A stretch of DNA of 64,000 bases from Candidatus Daviesbacteria bacterium (GTDB taxonomy: Bacteria; Patescibacteriota; Microgenomatia; Daviesbacterales; UBA10151), in contig JAKFWZ010000078.1 in assembly GCA_021731695.1 (NCBI GenBank), positions 25,073 through 89,072 of the forward strand, in the 5' to 3' direction. Position numbers and translations under genes: made by a program. The notes under the pieces were generated by a model that was not told the origin of the DNA, did no database searches, and saw only the letters and a program-made list of their open reading frames with translations. This document shows, piece by piece, positions 9,118-18,238 of the stretch. The number at the start of each line of letters is the position of its first letter. Within the stretch, counting starts at the first letter, position 1.

Positions 9118-10218
9118 ATGGATTTTACAGAGTTCTTAAAACTAAATTCAAAAAAAATTGATGAAGAAGTTGCAGAAATATTGCAGAATGAATTGGTATT
9201 CACTAAGAGATTAACCCCTCAGCTTAATGAATTTAAAAAAGCATCAATAGGCGGAAAAAGAGTTAGAGGAGCACTGGTATTGCTGGGGTATAGAATTGCC
9301 GGTGGAAAAAATTCTAAAGAAATTCTAAAAGCCTCAGCAGCTTTTGAAATCTTTCAAACTTCAATTCTTGCACAAGATGATGTAATCGATAAATCTTTAA
9401 CCAGAAGAGGGAAAAAATCCTTAGCAGCTTCTTTGGGAAATGATCATAAAGCTTTAGCTGATACGATTTGTCTAACAGATCTGGGATTTTTTATATCATA
9501 TAAAACTCTGGCTCTGCTTAAAATTGAGGAAAAATATAAGAATCAGGCGATAGTGCACTTTTCTGAAATGTCTGTGAGTACTGGTTTAGGTGAAATGCTT
9601 GATGTGGAGATTTCAATGAATAATGACATTAGTGAAGGCGAAATTTTAGAAGTGGCAAAGCTCAAAACTGCAATTTATACAATTTCCGGCCCCTTAGTGT
9701 TAGGGGCAATTCTTGCCGGAGCTAAAGATAAGCTAATTGAAGAACTTGAAAATTTTGGAGAGAATTTAGGAGTTGCATTTCAAATTCAGGACGACATATT
9801 AGGAGTTTTTGGAACTGAAAAAAAAACAGGAAAATCAGATACCTCAGACATAGAAGAAGGGAAGAAAACACTACTCTTAAGTCATGCGCTAGAGAATGCA
9901 AAAGTTGAGTCTAAGAGGACTCTGGTAAAAATCTACGGCAGTAGTAATATTGATAAGTTGGATTTAGAACAGGTTAAAAAGATTTTTACTGAAACAGGAA
10001 GTCTTGATTACGCAAAAGCCAGAGCTGAGGATTATTTTAGCAAGGCAGAAAGCACATTGAAAAATCCGCAACTTGATGTTTTAAGAGATCTGATTGATTT
10101 TATTGCCAAGCGGGAAAGTAGTGGGCTTCAGCTGGCGAATAAACAGAAATCATCCCGCGCCGCAAGAGGAGCCGCGGACTTAATTCCGCGGAGACTCATT
10201 AAAAAAAGGAAAAAATGA
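9118..10218 (+). CDS. Trans-polyprenyl diphosphate synthase (FPP/GGPP synthase family) with a repeat-derived C-terminal extension
   Basis: GGKRVR, DDVID..RRG, KTA, AFQIQDDILG, GKSDTSDIEEGKKT. The last ~35 codons overlap a hairpin element. Confidence 0.9.
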   Translation: MDFTEFLKLNSKKIDEEVAEILQNELVFTKRLTPQLNEFKKASIGGKRVRGALVLLGYRIAGGKNSKEILKASAAFEIFQTSILAQDDVIDKSLTRRGKKSLAASLGNDHKALADTICLTDLGFFISYKTLALLKIEEKYKNQAIVHFSEMSVSTGLGEMLDVEISMNNDISEGEILEVAKLKTAIYTISGPLVLGAILAGAKDKLIEELENFGENLGVAFQIQDDILGVFGTEKKTGKSDTSDIEEGKKTLLLSHALENAKVESKRTLVKIYGSSNIDKLDLEQVKKIFTETGSLDYAKARAEDYFSKAESTLKNPQLDVLRDLIDFIAKRESSGLQLANKQKSSRAARGAADLIPRRLIKKRKK

Positions 10219-10304
10219 CTGAAAATTATATTCCAAAACACATAGCAATAATTATGGATGGAAATGAGTCTTTTTCGAAGCCTCTTTCCTGGCGAATTCT
10301 ATGA
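10215..10304 (+). pseudogene. 5' relic of a second uppS (29-codon mini-ORF)
   Basis: Translates MTENYIPKHIAIIMDGNESFSKPLSWRIL*; ATGA overlaps with both the upstream stop and the intact uppS start. Confidence 0.85.
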
Positions 10305-11047
10305 GTATTAATAAACAACCAAGCGAAGAATTTGTTCCTAGACATATTGCCATCATAATGGACGGAAATAGGCGCTGGGCGCGGGTTAGGGGACTTGAGG
10401 ATATCGAGGGACACGAGAAAGGTTCAGAAACTTTGGAAAAAATTGTAGAAGCCGCAGCCAAAGCGGGTGTTAAAACACTTACGGTTTATGCACTCTCAAC
10501 AGAAAATATAAAGGAGCGAGCTAAAAGGGAGATGGGGGGATTATTTAATTTAATGAAATCTTCTTACAACAAAAAAATAAAGAAGATGATGAAAAACGGG
10601 GTGCGGGTAGAAATCTTAGGAGAATTAAATGGTTTGCCTTCTATAATAAAAAATGTAATTAATGAAATCAGAAAAACATATATAGATAACGAAGCGATTA
10701 AATTAAACATTGCCCTAAATTATGGAGGCAAGAAAGAGCTAGTTGAGGCAGTTAAGGACTTAATAAAAGAAGGAATTGATTTAAATGAGCAAAGCTCGAA
10801 ACTTAAAGAATATGTTTCTAAATTAAGCGAATCTGATATCAGTAAAAAACTTTATACTAAAGGAGATACTGATCCCGAACTTGTCATCAGAACCGGCGGA
10901 AGGATTAGACTTTCAAATTTCTTACTCTGGCAGACTGCATACTCAGAGCTTTATTTTACAAAAACTCTTTGGCCGGATTTTGATGAAAAAGAATTTAAAA
11001 AAGCACTTAGCTGGTACAAAAGACAAAAAAGAAATTTTGGGAAGTAA
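10301..11047 (+). CDS. uppS: Undecaprenyl diphosphate synthase (cis-prenyltransferase)
   Basis: PRHIAIIMDGNRRWA, YALSTEN, LNYGG, IRTGGRIRLSNFLLWQ, LWPDF. Confidence 0.96.
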   Translation: MSINKQPSEEFVPRHIAIIMDGNRRWARVRGLEDIEGHEKGSETLEKIVEAAAKAGVKTLTVYALSTENIKERAKREMGGLFNLMKSSYNKKIKKMMKNGVRVEILGELNGLPSIIKNVINEIRKTYIDNEAIKLNIALNYGGKKELVEAVKDLIKEGIDLNEQSSKLKEYVSKLSESDISKKLYTKGDTDPELVIRTGGRIRLSNFLLWQTAYSELYFTKTLWPDFDEKEFKKALSWYKRQKRNFGK

Positions 11048-11052
11048 AATCC

Positions 11053-11082
11053 ATTGACATAGTGTACGCTTGTCAATATTAT
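11053..11082 (+). promoter_or_regulatory. Sigma70 promoter with overlapping palindromic operator for the TA operon
   Basis: TTGACA (11054-59), 17 nt, TATTAT (11077-82); inverted repeat ATTGACA...TGTCAAT; ATG 6 nt after the -10. Confidence 0.75.
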
Positions 11083-11088
11083 TAACTC

Positions 11089-11373
11089 ATGAACACTGTA
11101 AAAGTATCCGCCACCAAAGCTAGGAATAATTTCTTCGAACTTTTAAATCAGGTCGTACTTGGTGCCCGCATAATCATTGTGAAAGATAGAAAGGAGATTG
11201 CAGTCCTATCTCCTAAAAAAAACAAAACTGACTGGAAAGCGCTTCGCCTGGCGACCAAAAAATCACACGGAGCTTTAAAAGACTACGATCCAGAAGATAA
11301 CCCGCTTAGGAAAACAGGAGCGGCTGACTTCTTGGGTAAATGGGACACCAAAGATTACAAAATAGGAGGTTAG
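11089..11373 (+). CDS. Phd/YefM family antitoxin
   Basis: VSATKARNNFFELLNQV N-terminus; directly upstream of a PIN gene. Confidence 0.88.
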   Translation: MNTVKVSATKARNNFFELLNQVVLGARIIIVKDRKEIAVLSPKKNKTDWKALRLATKKSHGALKDYDPEDNPLRKTGAADFLGKWDTKDYKIGG

Positions 11374-11378
11374 TTTCA

Positions 11379-11762
11379 CTGAAATTAGTACTGGACACTA
11401 GTATATTGATTGACCATCTAAGAGGTGGTGATAAGTGGAAACGCATTCTAAGCGAGCTCGAAGAAGATACCGAAATCTATATATCTTCCATAGTGCTCTT
11501 TGAATTATATTCAGGAAAAAGTAGTCAGAATCCACAAATTTCCAGCAAAATCCAACAACTGGTCAAAAATTTTCAAAAAATAGAAATTGATGCCTATTTG
11601 GCGCAAAAAGCTGGAGAGCTTTATCGGGATATGAAACAGACTATTCAAATCCCAGATTATATAATAGCTGCCAGTGCATTGGAAATTGGTGCTCAAGTTG
11701 CAACTTTAAACAACAAAGACTTTGAACAGATCCCCGGTCTTAAACTATATTCAGTAACATAA
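11379..11762 (+). CDS. vapC: VapC (PIN domain) toxin
   Basis: LVLDTSILID, LFEL, PDYIIAASA, TLNNKDF. Probable CTG start 8 nt after AGGAGGT. Confidence 0.88.
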   Translation: MKLVLDTSILIDHLRGGDKWKRILSELEEDTEIYISSIVLFELYSGKSSQNPQISSKIQQLVKNFQKIEIDAYLAQKAGELYRDMKQTIQIPDYIIAASALEIGAQVATLNNKDFEQIPGLKLYSVT

Positions 11763-11820
11763 AATCCTCTGGCTGGATTTTGATGAAAAGGAATTCAAAA
11801 AAGCCCTAAGTTGGTATGAG
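11761..11820 (+). pseudogene. 3' relic of a diverged uppS (direct repeat of 10961-11020)
   Basis: KILWLDFDEKEFKKALSWYE versus KTLWPDFDEKEFKKALSWYK; most differences are synonymous. Confidence 0.88.
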
Positions 11821-11935
11821 CCTCTGGGGACTCCTCTTCGCTTCGCCCGTAGTTTCTCTTCCTGCCCGCCTTCGGCGGGATTCGCCTACCGGCGAAGCAA
11901 ACTTCATCCAGGACGCACATCCGTGGTTTTCGTTT
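11817..11935 (-). mobile_element. IS200/IS605-like miniature element with a nested CCCGCC-TTC-GGCGGG hairpin
   Basis: Same ends as 5001-5123 (AAAACCACGG...GGATGAAG and ...GGCTCAT on the minus strand). Confidence 0.55.
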
Positions 11936-11995
11936 GAAGGAATAAAAAACAAAAAAGATGGAAATGAGGAACTATAAAAAGAGGTAAAGTTAGGT

Positions 11996-12535
11996 CTAAG
12001 GCTGCTTTGCTGATTTTGAGGATTCGCTTGCTCCCATTTCAGCGGGTCTGAACAAAGCTGCTGACCCGGAGGCGGTTGGGATAGGAGGCGGGGCCTTGTA
12101 TGGGACATTGTATATAATTGAAGATATCGTAAACTTATCCTCAACCATATCTAGGTTTACTGTAAGTTGTGTATTTAAATCAATTGACTCTGGGTCAACG
12201 TCTGGGATTTGTTGGTTATCTGAAGTAGTTTTATTTATATAAAATGTTTTGCCTGTTTCAAATGCTCCTTCAGTGCCGTTTTGGTTTTTGACAGTAATCC
12301 ATTTTCCGTCAACTTTTACAACTTTTCCTTCAATCGCGGCCGATTGTCTGGAAAAAACAGGTTTAGCTTTTAGGTTTTCCGGAGTCAATTTATTAGAACC
12401 TAAATTCATCCCCAAAATAAGACCAAAAATAATTCCTACAATTAACCCAAGTAAAATTTTCGCAATTTGAAAGCTTTTGCTCGATGGAATTTTTTGATTT
12501 ATATTAGGTTGGACATAAGGGCTTTCCGAATTCAT
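11996..12535 (-). CDS. Single-TM protein with a small beta (OB/DUF5666-like) domain and Pro/Ser/Ala tail; paralogue 1 of 5
   Basis: TM, then FSRQSAAIEGKVVKVDG; aligns by eye with 28868-29329 and 30174-30629. Confidence 0.7.
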   Translation of the reverse strand: MNSESPYVQPNINQKIPSSKSFQIAKILLGLIVGIIFGLILGMNLGSNKLTPENLKAKPVFSRQSAAIEGKVVKVDGKWITVKNQNGTEGAFETGKTFYINKTTSDNQQIPDVDPESIDLNTQLTVNLDMVEDKFTISSIIYNVPYKAPPPIPTASGSAALFRPAEMGASESSKSAKQP

Positions 12536-14019
12536 ATTTTTTTCTCAAGCGCCTCGATCCGAGCTTTTAGCCTGTCGTTTTCAAGTTTAAGCTCTTGGAT
12601 TGCCTTTGTCGTGTATGGAATTACATCTCTATAATCCATAGAATAATATCCGCTGCCCTCCATATGTACACTTCCTGGCAGGATTGGCAAAGCATCCTGG
12701 GCAATAAATCCGCTGGCATTCTTTCTGCCGTCCAGATAATCAAATGTAGCGGGTTTTAGTTGGGCAACTATTTCAAGGCCGCTATTGTCACCTTCCAGAT
12801 AGCGGATATTTTCTTTTAACCTTTTGTCTGAGCCGCAATTCCCCATACTGCCTGAATTTGTGAAACATTGAGGATTGGAACCTGGTGCGTTCATAGCCGG
12901 ATCTTTGAAATCTCCAGTACCTCCAGCTAATATAATACTTCCGACTACAGAGAGTTTTTCAGAGGGATTTGTATCTCCAATCCCTACATTACCCAGTACA
13001 TCATTTAATACAATATTCCTCCAGGCAACACCAGGTTCGTGGTATCTAATGGCAAAATAGGGGGGCACAGGCGACGACGGGGTCACTGCAAACATCTCCA
13101 GCCCTTTTGTATTATTAATAGCAGGGGTTCCTAAAAAGATATTCCCTATTCCGGCACCCGGGTTGATCCTGGCGCTGCCGCAGACCATAAACGTAGCCCC
13201 GCCTCCCAGAGCTCCTCCACACCCCGCTCCTGATGGAGATCCGGAGTCGAATCCGTGCTGCATATACACAGGTTTATTGAATGCACGTACCCAACTAGAA
13301 TCCGTCATCCACCAGCCACCTGCATAAGTTTCGTTATACCAGCCAGCAGCCCCATAACTTCTATGCCAGCCTCCTCCCTGATCGATCACAGTTCCCGCAC
13401 TCATTGTTAAAGCTCCCTGAATAAGTGCATTTCCATTTACATCCAATGGCTGACTGGGGTTTATAGTTCCTATACCGACCCTTTTAGTAGTTGGATCAAC
13501 ATATAAAGTTTCTCCGGCCCTGATTTTTCCGATATTCGTACCCGGATCACCAGGAAAGTTTAAGTAGAGTTCTCCTTGGGCATTAATTACAAGATGAGTA
13601 TTCGTTCCTCTAATATAGTTAGTAGTAGTTGAAAATCCGTTATCAGTGCGTATTTGTAAGAGATTTTGGAGACCAGTCAAGTTAAGTTGTTCAACTGATA
13701 GGGTTTTGAGGACTGAGTTGGCACTGGGATCAAGATTATATGCAGCATTATTTAAATCTATCAGACTGCGGATTCCGGCTGCTCCGCCTGGGGTCAGTTG
13801 AAGGCTCTGCCCACTGGTTGCACCATTCCCCTGAAGGTAAAAATTTAAATTGGGAGGACTCGCAGTATCTCTGCTGGTTACCCAGTCTTGATTGTTGGTC
13901 TGAGCGAAACTCACGCTGCTTAAGCTCAAGACCGCTGCAAATCCCAGAAACAAAATTGAAAAAAAAGCATACATGATTTTAAATGGAAATTTTATATCTA
14001 TAGTTTCGAATTTATACAT
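12532..14019 (-). CDS. Secreted fibre-like protein with a C-terminal peptidase S74 intramolecular chaperone
   Basis: Signal peptide ending SFA-Q; GIGTINP and GIGDTNP repeats; GWYNETYAGGWWMTD motif; SDKRLKENI...GFIAQD...DY...KAIQEL coiled coil. Confidence 0.85.
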   Translation of the reverse strand: MYKFETIDIKFPFKIMYAFFSILFLGFAAVLSLSSVSFAQTNNQDWVTSRDTASPPNLNFYLQGNGATSGQSLQLTPGGAAGIRSLIDLNNAAYNLDPSANSVLKTLSVEQLNLTGLQNLLQIRTDNGFSTTTNYIRGTNTHLVINAQGELYLNFPGDPGTNIGKIRAGETLYVDPTTKRVGIGTINPSQPLDVNGNALIQGALTMSAGTVIDQGGGWHRSYGAAGWYNETYAGGWWMTDSSWVRAFNKPVYMQHGFDSGSPSGAGCGGALGGGATFMVCGSARINPGAGIGNIFLGTPAINNTKGLEMFAVTPSSPVPPYFAIRYHEPGVAWRNIVLNDVLGNVGIGDTNPSEKLSVVGSIILAGGTGDFKDPAMNAPGSNPQCFTNSGSMGNCGSDKRLKENIRYLEGDNSGLEIVAQLKPATFDYLDGRKNASGFIAQDALPILPGSVHMEGSGYYSMDYRDVIPYTTKAIQELKLENDRLKARIEALEKKI

Positions 14020-14120
14020 GTCTTAATCAAAACAGAAAATTAATACTTATGTCAACTAATCTGTTTTTTGGTCGGTTTCATCTGAATATTCCAGAACTCG
14101 ATTTACCCGGTTAAATAACT

Positions 14121-15122
14121 TCAGGTCCTTTGCCATAGGCAACCTGAGATTATTAAATTGCTTATAGTCCAAGATCTGTCAGGAGGAGGATTTAATAGTA
14201 CTTCCGTACAAATAGGAGGGGGGAGAGGTGTGGCTGAAGGATAGGGGGTGCTGGTAACGCCGGGGATAGTATAATGCTGGTCTTCGGTTGTAATAATCAA
14301 ATCCTTTGTAAATATCCCGCCTCTTAAAAGATATAAATACTTGGCCTGTTTATTTACTACTTCGGCAGGCTGGACATTTACCGCAAGGCTTCTAATGAAC
14401 TGGATTGCACTCGCAGAGCCCAGATCGGTTTTGTTTAGGGAAATTAAGCTGCCGTTGATTACGAGTTGCTGGGTTGAAGGAGTATTTACACAGCCTGGGC
14501 CGGTTACATACGAGGAGCAAATATATCCCGTAGTACTAGGCAGAGGTAGTCCATTCCCGGTTGAAATTAATACAGCATTAACCTGAGTAACGTTTGAATA
14601 AATATTTATATTGTCCCGGACTATAAAGACTAAGCCCGAATTCATATCGGCATTGGCATAGGTGATATTCCCTGTGATGTTTAAATCTCCCTGGACAAAA
14701 ATAACCTGAACTCCTGTTCCCGTACCTGTTACATTATTGATAGTTAGGGTGTTGGGTTGTAAATAAACTCCACTTCCTGCAGGAAAGTTTAAGGTTTGTA
14801 CCGGACTTTGGGGAGGCGCTGTAGTTTTTTTCGCCGCCGATCTGTTTAGAGCATAGAACTGGTCTTCAAGATCCTGATAGGTTGGAACTTTGAAATCCCG
14901 GTATTGAGCATTGTTTCCGGTAACGCAGATCTGCCCTGGATTCCCGGTGTTCCCGGTTGAGCCGCCGACTGCTGAAATTAACCCTTCATTTAAATCACTT
15001 AGGAGGCATTGAGCAAAAACCTTGGAATCAGTTTTTGATAACAGATAAACATTATAAAAAGTGGTCACAGCAAGTACAAAAAGCAGGAAAAATTTTAAAA
15101 TATCAAGCCATTGCCGGTTCAT
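14121..15122 (-). CDS. Exported beta-helix-like surface protein
   Basis: N-terminal TM/signal ending VFA-Q; IFVQGDLNITGNI, LVFIVRDNINI, QLVINGSLI strands; Pro-rich tail. Confidence 0.65.
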   Translation of the reverse strand: MNRQWLDILKFFLLFVLAVTTFYNVYLLSKTDSKVFAQCLLSDLNEGLISAVGGSTGNTGNPGQICVTGNNAQYRDFKVPTYQDLEDQFYALNRSAAKKTTAPPQSPVQTLNFPAGSGVYLQPNTLTINNVTGTGTGVQVIFVQGDLNITGNITYANADMNSGLVFIVRDNINIYSNVTQVNAVLISTGNGLPLPSTTGYICSSYVTGPGCVNTPSTQQLVINGSLISLNKTDLGSASAIQFIRSLAVNVQPAEVVNKQAKYLYLLRGGIFTKDLIITTEDQHYTIPGVTSTPYPSATPLPPPICTEVLLNPPPDRSWTISNLIISGCLWQRT

Positions 15123-15149
15123 TTTTCAGGAAGTATGAGTCGGTACATT

Positions 15150-18100
15150 TTAAGGTATATTAATAAATTCATTGGTGTGGACATCGCCTCCGGTTGTTTT
15201 AAGGAAAGGCTTCTTAAGCTTAATAAAAAAGTTTCTGGTTGTAAATTGAGTCTTTAAAGGGTGTACTGAGGTCAGATTTGTAAGAAGTTGATTAACTTCA
15301 GCGCCGGATAGTGCTTTGTTATACAATCTAAATTCATCAATTCTTCCGTTAAAGTAACCATTAAAACCATTTCCCAAGTAAACCGTTGCTGCATTAGCCT
15401 GAACCGCAACGCCGCCAGTATAAGTACCTACTAAAGCTCCATTAAGATAAAACGACCAGGTGCTTGAATTTGATAAGGTGACTGCTACATGATTCCATGT
15501 ATTCAGGGGAAAGGCAGTGGTTGCCCTGTAATTACCATCAACATAAAACCTCAAGCTATTATTTGCATTTTGCACCAGTATAAATGGACCGCCCGAAGTT
15601 AGAGAATTAGCCCACTGGAAAATCCCCTTCGTGCCTGATTCTGAAGGTGCATTAAACCAGAAAGATACAGTTGTATTGCTCAGTGAAGTCCCGGAAATAT
15701 TAGCAGAAACATAATCATTCGCTCCATCAAAATTCCCGGCATTGGCAAACCTACCTGTTGTGACAGTATTAGCTCCATTAGCAGCAGTGCCATGATTAGC
15801 ATTAGGTCCCGAATCCTTAACCTCACCAGCAGTTCCGTTCCAGCTGCCCTCATTCATACTCCAGTGAACCATCAGGGGATCAGGAGTGGTATTAATTGTA
15901 GAAGTTTTAAGTACATTAATCTCTGATCCCGTAAGTAATTTGTTATATATTCTGACATCATCAAGTCTTCCCCTGAAAAAGCCGTTGTTAAATTGTTTAC
16001 CAATCTGGGCTGTATCCCCGGGAATGTGAGTAATATTTGCAGTTCCGGTATTCTGGACGCTGCTCAAATTCCCGTCAACGTAAAATGACACTGTTCCTGC
16101 GGCTCTATTCCAAACACCGGCCAGGTGGTACCACTGGTTTAAGTTTAAGGAAGTGGTATCCGTATACCATCCCCTTACGCCGCCGTCGTTATAGGCATAG
16201 GCCAATTTTTGGTCTGAGCTTCCGGTGCCTGAACTTAAAATACCCCATTCATAACCGGCATTGCTTATATTGCTGGATCTGGCAAATATTATTCTGACAC
16301 CGGTGTTATAGTGAGCCGTTAAATAAACCCAGGTTGATAAGGTATGATTCTGAACTTGAAGCGAAGGGCCAGTTCCAAGAGAGATAATATCATTGCTCCC
16401 GTCAAAACTGCCCGCCCGGCCAAATTTACCTGCAGATATGGTTGTAACCCCTCCCTGAGCTGTTCCGTGATTATTATTTGCAGTTGAATCGGGAACTTGT
16501 GGAGCGGTTCCAGTCCAATTAGCTTCATCAAGCGCCCAATAACCTGCGAGTCCGGTAGTTATATCAACGGGTGTGCCTGGAATTGTTGAAATAACATCTC
16601 CGATATTATTATTTGTGCATGTTAGTGTGTATAAAGCACTGTTAGCCGGGGGGTTAACGAATTGCTGGGACAGTATTGAACCAGTCAAGGATGGATTTAC
16701 GCTTAGGTTATTCCAGTTGGGGTCTGGACCGGGAGCAGTAGGATTATTTGTAATAGCAGATGTCCCGGTGCAAACATCAGCATGAGATACGTTCCAGGTG
16801 AGATTAACTTTATTACCGGAATCTACATCGGGAAGAAATGAAAGTTCATCCCTGCCATCAACCAAAAGAGAGACGTTGGGTTTATTGCAGTCTTTTATTA
16901 AGGTAGGGGTGGCGGTATTAGACATCCTGGATGCGCCGCTGAAATCGTTGATTGCTTCAACAGAGTATTCAATATTGTGAGTTAAGTCTAAAGGGTCAAG
17001 AGGGAAGGATGGATTGTAAGTATCATCAAAATAATCATAAGTTCCGCCTGCGAACGGGAGAATATTTGAATTTATATCTACGGGGGCAGAGTCCAATCCT
17101 ATTCTCTTTCTGCTGATAACATATCGGGTTGCGTTAGCGGAATTAGAAAGAGTTGTTTTCATTAAAGGCGAAGTTCCTGAGCATGAACCGACAGGGCCCG
17201 AGAGAGTAAAAGGACTTGGAGCCGCGCATTCAATGGTTAGAACGGTTCTAGTTATGGGAGCTGACCAAACGCCACTTACCCGACGCCTTAGGCTATAGGT
17301 GTAGGATTGTCCGCCTGTATTTACGACACTTGGAGTTGTTTGAGTCATGGACAAGTTAGGTCCTGTATAGATTGGACTGGCAATATCACTTCTTGATAAT
17401 TCATATTCTGTAGCTCCCGTTACCGGATCCCATGCCAGTGTAATTTGGCCATTTTCAGTATTGGGTTGGCATCCAGGCGCTGCCACGAAAGCAGTTGAGG
17501 AACTATTGGGGTTAAGTCCAAATCTGACTCTGGTATCTATGTCTAAAGCAAAATATACTCCTTGAGGCGTGGTTCTGTGAAACCCCGTCGCTGCATCGTC
17601 GTGGACCACCAAATAATATCCCCCGGGTACATTGCTGAACCTATATGTTGGCGGTTCACCCGGATTTTGTGGAACTGTTGTTTGCTGTGCGTAAAAAGTA
17701 TATCCGCCGCTAGCTTGTCTCGCCCAAAGGCTTATGCTCTGATTATCTAAAGATACCTCAGTATCCTGATAAAAAGCATCCCCGTTAGGAGGGGGGATAT
17801 CATCTATATAGACCCTGCCGAATACTTCATAGGTAGAGGTTGGATTTGTCGGGGTTATAACCGGATCGTCGACGTATACATATATAGTGTCATTACTTGG
17901 GTCATCATCACTATTTGCAGACCCTCCGGTACCCGACGTTCGTCCATCCTTGTCTCCATTCCCTCCGTAACTATTATCAGCTTCATTAATATCCCCCCCA
18001 TCACCAACATCCTCTTGTACGCCCGAAGGAGAGTCATCTCCTCCATATTGAGCATAAACTTCTTGTACAACGCGTAAATAATCAAATATGGGTATATGAT

Positions 18101-18176
18101 TAAATATAAAAAAACCAACAAAAACTAATGAAGTTGTGATGAAAAATGTGTTGAACAAATGACTTATTTTTTGCAT
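15150..18176 (-). CDS. Large surface protein: acidic low-complexity region, SdrD/FN3-like domains, two LamG-like domains
   Basis: Two copies of W..xE..W.GTA..V.DS..N.NHGTA ... G.(L/I)D(D/E).R.YNK.L.G.E; ITLAWDPVTGATEY (FN3-like). Confidence 0.85.
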   Translation of the reverse strand: MQKISHLFNTFFITTSLVFVGFFIFNHIPIFDYLRVVQEVYAQYGGDDSPSGVQEDVGDGGDINEADNSYGGNGDKDGRTSGTGGSANSDDDPSNDTIYVYVDDPVITPTNPTSTYEVFGRVYIDDIPPPNGDAFYQDTEVSLDNQSISLWARQASGGYTFYAQQTTVPQNPGEPPTYRFSNVPGGYYLVVHDDAATGFHRTTPQGVYFALDIDTRVRFGLNPNSSSTAFVAAPGCQPNTENGQITLAWDPVTGATEYELSRSDIASPIYTGPNLSMTQTTPSVVNTGGQSYTYSLRRRVSGVWSAPITRTVLTIECAAPSPFTLSGPVGSCSGTSPLMKTTLSNSANATRYVISRKRIGLDSAPVDINSNILPFAGGTYDYFDDTYNPSFPLDPLDLTHNIEYSVEAINDFSGASRMSNTATPTLIKDCNKPNVSLLVDGRDELSFLPDVDSGNKVNLTWNVSHADVCTGTSAITNNPTAPGPDPNWNNLSVNPSLTGSILSQQFVNPPANSALYTLTCTNNNIGDVISTIPGTPVDITTGLAGYWALDEANWTGTAPQVPDSTANNNHGTAQGGVTTISAGKFGRAGSFDGSNDIISLGTGPSLQVQNHTLSTWVYLTAHYNTGVRIIFARSSNISNAGYEWGILSSGTGSSDQKLAYAYNDGGVRGWYTDTTSLNLNQWYHLAGVWNRAAGTVSFYVDGNLSSVQNTGTANITHIPGDTAQIGKQFNNGFFRGRLDDVRIYNKLLTGSEINVLKTSTINTTPDPLMVHWSMNEGSWNGTAGEVKDSGPNANHGTAANGANTVTTGRFANAGNFDGANDYVSANISGTSLSNTTVSFWFNAPSESGTKGIFQWANSLTSGGPFILVQNANNSLRFYVDGNYRATTAFPLNTWNHVAVTLSNSSTWSFYLNGALVGTYTGGVAVQANAATVYLGNGFNGYFNGRIDEFRLYNKALSGAEVNQLLTNLTSVHPLKTQFTTRNFFIKLKKPFLKTTGGDVHTNEFINIP

Positions 18177-18238
18177 CGGTAGTGAATATAAAGAATACCT
18201 GCAAAAATAGGTTTTATCAACTAAGGATTATGGGGATA

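Noticed and set aside
11806-12144. 112-aa minus-strand ORF
   Set aside because: Out-of-frame overlap with a real gene, running into a miniature element and the uppS relic.
12532-18176. Prophage, suggested by the S74 tail-fibre domain
   Set aside because: No capsid, terminase, portal or integrase genes; the proteins carry export signals.
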